DNA of 32,540 bases from the NCBI GenBank assembly GCA_032718475.1, contig JAUCBJ010002543.1:1-32540 (forward strand), read 5' to 3'. Below are positions 23,753 to 32,540 of this stretch, in pieces. The first letter of the stretch is position 1; every line of letters begins with the position of its first letter. This DNA comes from Nemertoderma westbladi (taxonomy: Eukaryota; Animalia; Xenacoelomorpha). Made by a program: the position numbers and the translations under genes. The notes below the pieces were generated by a model. That model searched no databases. It was not told the DNA's origin and saw only the letters and a program-made list of their open reading frames with translations.

Positions 23753-24871
23753 TGTAAAAGCTTTTGCGGACATAAGAAGTCATTTTTACACGCAATGTAC
23801 CGTGTCGGTGCTTTGGTGCACATAACAAGTCATTTTGCTGCAATTCGCTTAATACTCTAAAAGATTGGAGCTCAGATGACGAAATCTGTCAGCTGATTCA
23901 GTGTCAACGTGGAACCTTTCTTTGTTCTGCCTAGCTCAGCCAATCAGAGCGATTTTCACTTTATTTCTGACAAGGCCTACGGAAAACCGCGCAATGCATT
24001 ACGGTTTATGTTTACCTTTCTGAGCCAGAGTGAACCGGCTTGGAAATCTTCTGTACTTCTGTTGTAGAAGTTTCAGACTTTGGCCTAGAACATCTGATGG
24101 CTTTGATTACAAGAACGTAAAACTATTAACATATTGCACACATTGAACATTGCTGCACATGGAACACTGCATAAGTAACATATACTGATTGTTCACCGCA
24201 TTATTTTACTTCTGTTATTAATTGTTGTTATATGGATATATATTGCTGATATATTTGGAGAATAACGATAAATAATCATAAACCCCCAATCTTCTTGATT
24301 AATGAAGGTAAGAGGGAACGGTTACCTGTAGCAATTGCGACTTACATTATAGTGGTTTATATGTGAATTAAATGCTATTTCATAGTTCCTACATGTGTCA
24401 GTTGCTATCCTCCTTATATATGATCAAATTCAGTGACGGTCGGCAGGTCAGTGTGAAGTAGTGTGAAGTCGTGTGAAGTAGTGTGAAGGTTAATAAAGCA
24501 TCTCCTAAAGAATGCGCTTTTTACGAAACTCAGTAGCCATCTAGTTGTGATTAGTATAAGTCATAACTCTGTTTTTATACTTAAAGCGCCACGTCCTACA
24601 GGAACTGTTAATATTTCCCCGAAAGTAAATATATTGTCAGAGATTATATAGTAACGATCAATCGAATAATACAGTAGATCTACACTGCAATCACTTTCAA
24701 AGCATCCGAATCCAGTCTCCCTTAACTGTGGGTGAATGATCGCGCACAGACTGGCTTTGGCGGATGTAACTTCAGTACATTAAATAATTGGTCTAGGCTA
24801 AAGTCGATTTATAAACAAGAAGAGAAATAAAATTGGCAGGTTAAACTGCTAAAGGTCTAAAAGCACGAACA
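23753..24871 (+). mobile_element. Solo LTR (1119 bp) inserted antisense into gag of element B
   Basis: TG...CA ends; 5-bp TSD AGTCC at 23748-23752 and 24872-24876; CCAAT near 23940; four copies of a gtgtgaagt-like 10-mer at 24451-24490; AATAAA near 24492 and 24826. Reverse-complement match to 11011-11749. Confidence 0.93.
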
Positions 24872-24876
24872 AGTCC

Positions 24877-26539
24877 CTTCAAATTCTCGGACTTGCTGGG
24901 AGGCTTTATTTTTAGTGCTCTTCAGCTGCACGAGCATCTGCTCTATCTCCCGTCGTCCCTCGTCCATCCACTCGACCGCAGAGGCGGGATTCGCCAACAT
25001 AGTGGCTGGATGGCACATCGGGACGATGGGGGACAGTTTGTCTATAATGTCTTGCTCGGCTCGGCGTCCAGGACGGTTTGTGATTCCGTCAGTTGTCTAC
25101 TGGGCACAGGTAATTTGGTACTGTGCAGAGGGAATTTAGAGTTAGGTTCTGGAAGTACAGGTGTCTCTGTCACAGAGGGAATGGCTTCGAGGACAGGCCT
25201 AATTATTTCAGGTTCATCTACTATAGTAGGGAGTCCTTTTATTCTAATAATTTGGTCTGTAGGCTCGGGATTACTTAAGTCTACACTAGCTAGTTGCCTT
25301 CTCACAGCTGGAGGCAAATTAGGCAACTTCTGCCGGTTCGGCGCTCTTCTACGTCTGCTGGAACGAGATTTATTTCCTCTACCTTCAGGATCCGTTGTAT
25401 CGCCTTAATCAGAGGAGGTAAATCCCTGTCTTCTGGGAGTAGATCGACTCAGCATCTGCATCTGAGTAGCTGTTCTCTGTTTATTTAAGTAATCTTGCTT
25501 CACTTGAAGATTTTCCAACTCTAGTTGGGTTGTCTCTTCAGATGCCTTCCGTTCTGCTTCTACCGCTTTTCTTTTAGCTTCTGCTGCTGCAGCTGCCGCT
25601 TTTCTCTCAGCTTCTGCCGCTGCCGCGGCCGCTTTTCTTTCAGCTTCTACCGCTGTCGCTGCCGCCTTTTTCTCAGCTTCTGCCGCTGCCGCTGCCGCTT
25701 TTCTTTCAGCTTCTGCTACCGCCGCTGCCGCTTTTCCTTCAGCTTCTGCCGCTGCCGCTGCCGCTTTTCCTTCAGCTTCGGCCACTGCCGCTGCCGCTGC
25801 CTTTCTGTCTTCTATCTGTTTTTTCTTTAGTTGTTCTTCTTGTTCTATAGCGATGAGGATGCTTTCATCAAATTTAGCCTGCTCCGCGGCTAATATTTCT
25901 GCATCTAACGAGTCCAACACAAATTTGGCTCCCTCACTATTGGGGTGAAGTCCGGATAGCCGTCTCCTTAGCTCTTTATCACCTATAAATTGTTGATAGT
26001 TCGAAAGATAGATGTCAATAGCGTCCTACTTCTGAGGTTTCTCAGATATAACTTCGCCTTCCACCTGAGAAAAGGTAGCGTCTGTTTATGGTCGCACGCA
26101 CAGTTAGCTGAACTTTCCATTATGTCGTTCCCTGGACTTTAAGACTCACCCGTTGGAACCAAGTCTTTACGGCCACTTGCAACGACGTGTCTTGGCTTCT
26201 TTTTGAGGCTTCCTCAAAGGCTGAAAGGATTAGCCTGATCCGTAAGATTCGTTCTCGTACTTGATAAAGCAGCTCTCCCTGCTCTTGAGGTCCTTGACGT
26301 TGTTGAAACAGGTGTTCCTCTAATCGCTCCAAAGACCTGAAGAATCCCTGGACATATCCTGCTGCCGACCTCTTCCACACAGGTGGATCTCGAGTATCCT
26401 TTACTACTCCCATCCTGTATAAGTCCTCCCATGCAGCTTCCGATAAATTAAACGGGAGTCCGGGTCCGGGGAAGTTCCATTGCGCCCCGACAATAGACCT
26501 CAGTTCCTCCATCGTGTATCCCGCATGGCAAAATGGCAA
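24877..26539 (-). pseudogene. Probable N-terminal gag extension of element B (coiled-coil, Pro-rich, Ala-rich)
   Basis: Co-oriented fragments 26539-26120, 25920-25405 and 25326-25042. A frame reads ...KASQQVREFEG|TVQLF across the site once the solo LTR and one TSD copy are removed. Confidence 0.55.
25560..25805 (-). repeat. 33-bp coding tandem repeat, about 7 copies (AAAAAAEAE[GRK]K)
   Basis: Repeating gccgctgccgctttt...tcagcttct units on the + strand, in frame in ORF 25405-25920. Confidence 0.92.
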
Positions 26540-27220
26540 AATGGAACACTTAGTAATGCACTGTTAACACGCTGTTACATATTTGTGACTGTAATTAATT
26601 AGTAAAATTAAGAATTTGTACGCAGCATAGCGGAGAGTAGTTAAGGTAATAATTTAGAGTACCGTAAACTATTCACGCTGGGCGGTTATTTGAATTAGTG
26701 GGCAATAAGTTAGATCGCAGTATACAGTACGCAGAACACATTAGTAAATTGCTGGCCTAAAGGCAAGTTTAGTCCCATAGTAGGTATTAGCCGTAAATAA
26801 AAATGTACCATTTTTGATTATTTAAATATTCTCACATTTACACATTCCGTTAGGGAACCCCAGTATTTGCGATTAGATTAGATTAGAAAAGATTATTAGC
26901 GCGTTTTAACAGTAAGATTAGGCCATAAGAATACACTCTGAGTGTAAAGCCTCTCACACTCGTCTTAAGTAAGCTTAGGGAGCCGATTCGGGTTTATTGT
27001 TTTGGTTATTCCCGCGTGGCTCAACGTCCTTTCCAGTTCCTTTTGATCCAGCGCAACAACGTCTAGTTGACACGCCAGATCTATCTCTAACTCCCGTCTC
27101 TCTTTCACGGAGGATGTAGCGGACTTATCGGTTGCGACAGACTCCCGTCGCCTCTCTGTCCTACTAATTTTCCCCCATTTACTGGGGTTTCTACTAACCG
27201 ACGACACCGAATCCTCGGGG

Positions 27221-28848
27221 TTAACCGGACAACTGCAAGGCGATGCAGCGAAACTAGTTCAGAACTTTTCTCAAACAAACAACGATTATGAAGAAGCCAT
27301 TAAATTGTTACAAGACACTTACGGCAAACCACAACTGATTCTTCAATCTTGGCTCCATACGATTTTGGATCTCGAAGAACCTAAGGCAACATCTCGTGGG
27401 TTAGCAACGTTTCGAGCGGCCTACAAGGCACAGGTACGTGGGATTCGTAGCCTAGGCAAAAATGTTGAGGACCGGGGTATATTATATATACGCCGAAGTT
27501 TAAGTCCGTAAACTTCCGCCGAAGATCCGCGATAACATAAACCAAGCGGCGCGAACCACGTACTGGAATTTTGACGACCTTCGGAAGGCCATACAGTAAG
27601 AAATTGAACAACTGGATGCGATAGAAACTGAACAAGTAGTGGTACCTAAATGGGGAAAAGGAATTAATGGTAGTTCCTCAACTACTGGCGTAAAGGGAGG
27701 AACAGTTGGTTCGTTCGGAACTTCTTCCAAATCCACCCCAAAGATGCAACCAGGTAATGTTAATTCGAATAAGGTTATCCACTGTTTTCTCTGTTCGGGC
27801 AAATATTCAGTTCGGTTGTGTGAGCGATATACAACCGCAACAACGAAACAAATGCAAGTCGATGAAAATAGATTATGTTCTAATTGTCTGCAATCAGAAC
27901 ACACCCCTGGAGCGCAGTGTCCAACAAGAACCGTTGTTAGGTGTGTGGTGGATTCCTCCATATGGTTCTTTATGGTGATAATAATAGCACAAAACCTTCA
28001 ACTAAACCCTCTATACCATCCTCGGTTTCCAGTCCAGTTTGTGATGGACAATCTACTCTATTACCTACTGCATTGGTTCCGATTGTCTACAACGACGAAT
28101 TGAACCTATACAACGTGCATACACTACTCGATCATGGTTCACAACGAACGTATATGCTTCGACAAATAGCGAAACTTCTAAAACTACGAACGCTAGGCCA
28201 AAATATATTATCCGAAGATAGTTTCAGCGGTGAAGGTTCACCGGAAGTATTTGACGATGTTCAATTTTCCGTTTTAACCTCCGACAGTTTAATCAACACT
28301 AAGCTTGTCTCGTTGATAAGCTTCCCTTAGGGTTATCGACAAGTAGTCGATCAGATGTTGTAAATAATTTACGATTAAATTGATTTAAATTAGCTTATCC
28401 TTGTGCTGGTGATTCAGTATCTGAATCAAAATATTGATCAGCACCAATTAACAATCCTAAATTGATAATTGGTGCTGATCAAAATTTTGATTTTGTCTCA
28501 GCTACTCGTATTAATGAAACCGATTTATATGTGTTACCTTCTAATTTAGGTGACATTGTTGCAGGCCATGATTTATGTCCTGTTAATAACATTTCGAATG
28601 AATCTGGTGAATCTAATGAATTATGTAATATTAATATTAGTCTTCTTACTGTCTGTAACAATAATAGCCATAATGTTTTACTAATAGTGATAACATAGAA
28701 AAGTTATGGAGTTTAGATACAATATGAATACAATTTCCAGACATTATGAAACCGTATGTGAATTCGATTAATTCGTTTACCATGGAAACCTAATTGTAAC
28801 AAATTGCCCATTAATTATGGTGTTGCTGAAAAACGCCTCGAATGTACC
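27221..28848 (+). pseudogene. gag: Gag and protease fragments of element C
   Basis: ORF pieces 27305-27511, 27639-28103, 27941-28330 and 28462-28698 (LIIGAD, PSNLGDIVAG). Confidence 0.85.
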
Positions 28849-28852
28849 TTAA

Positions 28853-30271
28853 CCCTCCTATTAGTACCGGGCTATAAAATGTTGTACAAATACCGGGGGG
28901 GGGGGGGGGGTCATATTGACCCCCCCCCCCCCCCCCCCCCCACCCTCTAAAATCTACAAATATTTACGAAAACGTCTGATTTTTTGTTTGTACGTAGGTA
29001 TCACTTGTCTGGATCCGACCGAAAAAAAAAATTCGAAAAAATGTAATGGGGTGGTTATATTGCAGCACAATTACAAGTAGTGCACAATTTTCACAAAATT
29101 TGAAAGTTACATTTTCGGCTAATTATTTTTCAATACAGGTTTTCTGGGGTGTAAAATACATTGAAAATATATAAAAATGATATGATTACTATAAATGGCT
29201 GTTTAGTCCTCTCTGCGTAGAAAAAAAATGAAAAAAACAAGTAACTAGCACTTTTCAGTTAGAACACAAAATTTTTAATTTACTTATACGATGCTATAAA
29301 TTCGTATTTTCAGGTTTTCAAGGGCGCTGATTCTAATGGAATACATTTCTAATATGCCAGATCATTGCTACTTGTTTTTTTCGGCGTAACTTGGCAAATT
29401 TTGGTACTAGCACCAAATTTCGTACCCATCACCAAAAACCACAAGTTGGTGATGTCCAGTGCTGTTTTTATTGATTCCATCGGATTCAGGACCCTCATAA
29501 ACCCGTATAACGCAAGAAACAAGGTGATACTATCTACTGATCAATTTTCATATTTTCAAAATTTGGTGCTAGCACCACATTTTGCACCCATATCCGAAAA
29601 ATACAAGTTTGAGATGTCTAGTTCGATAATTATATATTCCATTGCATTCAGAACAGCCATAAACCTCTAAAACGCAAGAAATAAATTCTCACAAGCAATT
29701 TTATCTATTGAATGGATTTTCAAAATTTCGTGCTAGCACCAAAATTTGCACACAGCACCGAAAAATACAAGTTTGATACGCTTGGTGCAACTCGTATATA
29801 TTTCATCGAATTCAGAACCCCAAAACTCCCCAATTGCGTAAAAAACAAGTTTCAAATAATCAATTTACAAAATTGACATATTTCAAAATTTGGTGCTGGC
29901 ACCAAAATTTGGCACCCACCGAAAAAAACAAGTTTAAAATTTCTAAATCAATTTATATGAATTCCATCCAAATTCTAACACCAAAAAACCGGTGTAAATC
30001 AAAAATAGAGATGTTACAATTTATATTTAATGAAATGTAATTTTCAAAAAACGTCTCAAAAAAAGTGCCAAAAGTAGGGTTAAAAAATGGTGCTATAACT
30101 CGAAAAGTACCCAATATTTTTGAAAGCGGTTTTCATTACTAGGAAGACAATAGATTTTTAGGAAAAGTCAAAAAATGTCAGATTCCCAACTGTGTTTGTT
30201 TCAAAATTATAATAAAAAAACCACGGGAGGGGTCATATTGACCCCCCCCCCCCCCCCCCGGGTTTAATAGG
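28853..30271. mobile_element. Non-autonomous piggyBac-like DNA transposon (1419 bp) with TTAA TSD
   Basis: TTAA at 28849-28852 and 30272-30275; CC...GG termini with imperfect TIR (cctatta...ccggg); subterminal G-run/gtcatattgac/C-run motif at both ends. Excision restores pol KRLECTLNKLRKEPHLLVSYDNIIKEQLKRGFIE. Confidence 0.85.
29390..30010. repeat. Four diverged 162-164-bp tandem units inside the piggyBac-like element
   Basis: Palindromic core aaatttggtgctagcaccaaattt-like, with anchors at 29408, 29570, 29734 and 29897. Confidence 0.88.
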
Positions 30272-30275
30272 TTAA

Positions 30276-31539
30276 ATAAACTGCGTAAAGAACCACATTT
30301 ATTAGTGTCTTACGACAATATTATAAAGGAACAACTGAAACGCGGATTTATAGAATGAGTAGAAAGCTGTGATAAATTTAGAACTGGTGCAATCGATTCT
30401 GTTAGAATACATTATTTAGCCCATCACAGTGGATTGAAACCTACTTCTACTACCACACTACTTAGAATGGTTTTTGATTGTTCTTTTAAATCCGGTAATA
30501 AACCAAGTTTAAATGATTGTTTATTTTCTGGTCCGTCTATGAATCAATTATTGTGTGATTTATTATTACGTTTTAGAATTAACGAGTTTTGTGCAATTTC
30601 TGATATAGAGAAAGCATTTTTGCAAGTAGGTTTGGACAAGGCTGATCGTGACGTAACTAGATTTTTATGGTTAGAAAACCCTAATGATTCTAATAGTGTT
30701 GCTATTTTTTTCTTCAAAGTTGTTATATTCTGCGCAACTTGCGGCCAGATTTTATTGAACGCCACCGTGCGTCATCATTAGGAACAGTATTCTTTACCAG
30801 TAGCTATTGAGATAATAAACAATATTTATTTAGATAATTTACAGTGCACAAAAGATAATGAAGATAGTCTCATTACATTTTATAATGAGAGTAAACGGTT
30901 ATTATGTAAAGGTGGATTTTCATTGCGTGAATGGGTGACAAATTCTCCTAAACTACGAGACATTATTAAAGATAAAGGTGATGGACAGAAAGTTGAGAAA
31001 GCCAAAATTTCATATATAGGTATGAATAATTGGTGTAGTTTACAAGATACTTTGAGTTATAATAAGAGCGATATAATCTCACCATCCCCTGAATTTCTAA
31101 CTAAACGAGTTGTAGCTAGTTTATCATAGAAAGTTTTCAACCCGTTTGGCTTTTTATTACCTGTTACAATTCGTGCCCGAATGTTTGTTCAACGTTTATG
31201 GAAACTTAAAATTGACTGGGATTCCGTTATCCCGGAAGTACAGATTTCTGATTGGTTTAAAATTGTATCAGATTTAAACTCAGTAACTGATTTTACATTC
31301 CTACGTCAGTTACCATTAACTAACAGTACAATTTTTCATTGTTTTTCTGATGCTTCAAAGAAAGCTTATGGTGTAGTAGTGTATATGGTTAATGAGAATG
31401 GTTCTCATTTGGTATCTGCTAGAGCTAGAGTAGCTCCAGTACAGACTCCTTCATTGCCACAGATTGAGTTAACAGCCCTTACGGTAGAAGCTAGACTTTT
31501 AAGTTACATTGTAAACCAATATTCAATAGAGTTCAATAT
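30276..31539 (+). pseudogene. pol: RT and RNase H fragments of element C
   Basis: ORF pieces 30434-30781, 30923-31129 and 31181 onward; HYLAHH, SLNDCLFSGP, RFLWL, GFSLREW, FNPFGFLLP. Confidence 0.9.
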
Positions 31540-32398
31540 TAGGGTGGTGCGTTTTTTACTTTTTTCGATTTCATTGTTCTACCGGTGCACAAAAGTTGCC
31601 AAATGGTAAAAAAATGAGGCAAAAAAAAATTCTTTAAATTTCGTCTATATCTTCACGGATCCCAAGAGGGTTTAAATTTTGTGCCATCGCGATGTACTAT
31701 AATGAAATTTATAACAAACAATATAACACATTGATGAAAGATCAATGACTCAAAAAAGAACTTCCTGCATGCATCAAATGTCATCAAATGGGTCCAAACT
31801 TAGTTAGATACCAAAATTTTACTTTTTGGATCAAGGGAACTAGTGCCACAGGCACGTGGCCAGAACCTACCATTTGGTGCAAGTGATGGCCAATTTCTCA
31901 ATTTTCGCGATGGCCAACTTTGAGTTCTCTTACTGCATTCATATTATGCTCATTAGAACCGCAATGGCCGGTAGACAATTTCAAAACCAACGTAGAGCGA
32001 ATAGTTCTTGAGATATCGCAGAAAATGTGAAGTCCGGCACAAGTCTACATTACCGACTTGACTTGACAAATACACTAAAAATTATATTTTGAATTATCTC
32101 AAGGAATCACGAATAGACACGAATTTTGGTATCTAACTAAGTTTGGACCCATTTGATGACATTTGAGGCATGCAGGAAGTTCTTTTTTGAGTCATTGATC
32201 TTTCATCAATGTGTTATATTGTTATAAATTTCATTATGGTGCATCGCAATGGCACCAAAATTTCAACCTTCTTGGGATCCGTGAAGATATAGACGAAATT
32301 GAAAGAAATTTTTTTTGCCTTATTTTTTTACCATTTGGCAACTTTTGTGCACCGGTAGAACAATGAAATCGAAAAAAAGTAAAAAACGCACCGCCCTA
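31540..32398. mobile_element. hAT-like MITE (859 bp) with ~280-bp terminal inverted repeats and 8-bp TSD
   Basis: TAGGG...CCCTA termini; TSD ttcaatat at 31532-31539 and 32399-32406; arms about 31540-31822 and 32122-32398. Excision restores RNase H EFNIGHLYLWSD. Confidence 0.92.
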
Positions 32399-32540
32399 TT
32401 CAATATAGGCCATTTATACTTGTGGTCAGATAGATAGTAGAAGGTCAGATAGTTGACACTGTATTGGATACACAACACACAGACCATACTGACAAACCTT
32501 ATGTAAATAAACGTGTGAAAGCTTTTACCTTCAAGTTATT

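Larger units (their letters stand above)
11011..27220 (-). mobile_element. Bel/Pao LTR retrotransposon B, decayed, 5' LTR missing, with extended 3' region
   Basis: Minus-strand gag-PR-RT-RNase H-IN from about 26539 to 17667, then a spacer, a co-oriented accessory ORF, a PPT and an LTR. That 11011-17650 belongs to the same element is inferred; no 5' LTR or TSD is available to prove it. Confidence 0.7.
27221..32540 (+). mobile_element. Bel/Pao LTR retrotransposon C, heavily decayed, 5'-truncated in gag, running off the window
   Basis: LTGQLQGDAAKLV...YEEAIKLLQDTYGKP; knuckles CFLCSGKYSVRLC and CSNCLQSEHTPGAQC; protease LLDHGSQRTY; RT LRMVFDCS, SDIEKAFLQV, IYLDNL; RNase H HCFSDASKKAYG, LPQIELTAL, LWSD. 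Many stops and frameshifts. Confidence 0.9.

Noticed and set aside
11011-24871. One 13.9-kb element with long terminal inverted repeats (DNA transposon or DIRS-like) enclosing gag-pol
   Set aside because: The right copy has its own AGTCC TSD and TG...CA ends and interrupts gag, so it is a solo LTR. The outer flanks (attac, agtcc) do not match, and no transposase or tyrosine recombinase is seen.
25525-25830. Cys/Arg/Phe-rich plus-strand ORF
   Set aside because: Antisense shadow of the 33-bp Ala repeat.
25405-25920. Type I antifreeze protein or bacterial TolA
   Set aside because: Similarity is only compositional, there is no regular Thr periodicity, and it lies co-oriented in the 5' coding region of a retroelement.
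29390-30010. CRISPR-like array of palindromes
   Set aside because: The intervening sequences are homologous to each other rather than unique spacers; eukaryotic context with no cas genes.
32424-32452. ggtcagatag duplication as a transposon excision footprint
   Set aside because: Indistinguishable from a local repair duplication in decayed RNase H sequence.

Overview
Eukaryotic, probably invertebrate, transposon-dense DNA with no recognisable host gene, RNA gene or CRISPR array. It holds three decayed Bel/Pao LTR retrotransposons. A (+, 1-~7860) has gag-PR-RT-RNase H and a deleted integrase core. B (-, ~27220 to 11011) has gag-PR-RT-RNase H-IN, a 6-kb 3' region and an LTR at 11011-11749. C (+, ~27221 to window end) is older and AT-rich. 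Nested insertions with visible target-site duplications are a 5'-truncated RTE-like LINE (23-bp TSD), a solo LTR inside B's gag (5-bp TSD), a TTAA piggyBac-like non-autonomous element with an internal ~163-bp array, and a hAT-like foldback MITE (8-bp TSD). Best lead: between pol and the LTR, element B has a frameshifted ~3.7-kb extra ORF. It encodes a WRN/EXD/Mut-7-type DEDDy 3'-5' exonuclease followed by a tandem zinc-knuckle module. A homologous knuckle module sits downstream of pol in the diverged element A, suggesting a Bel/Pao accessory RNA-processing gene family. All domain calls come from reading motifs by eye; no searches were run.
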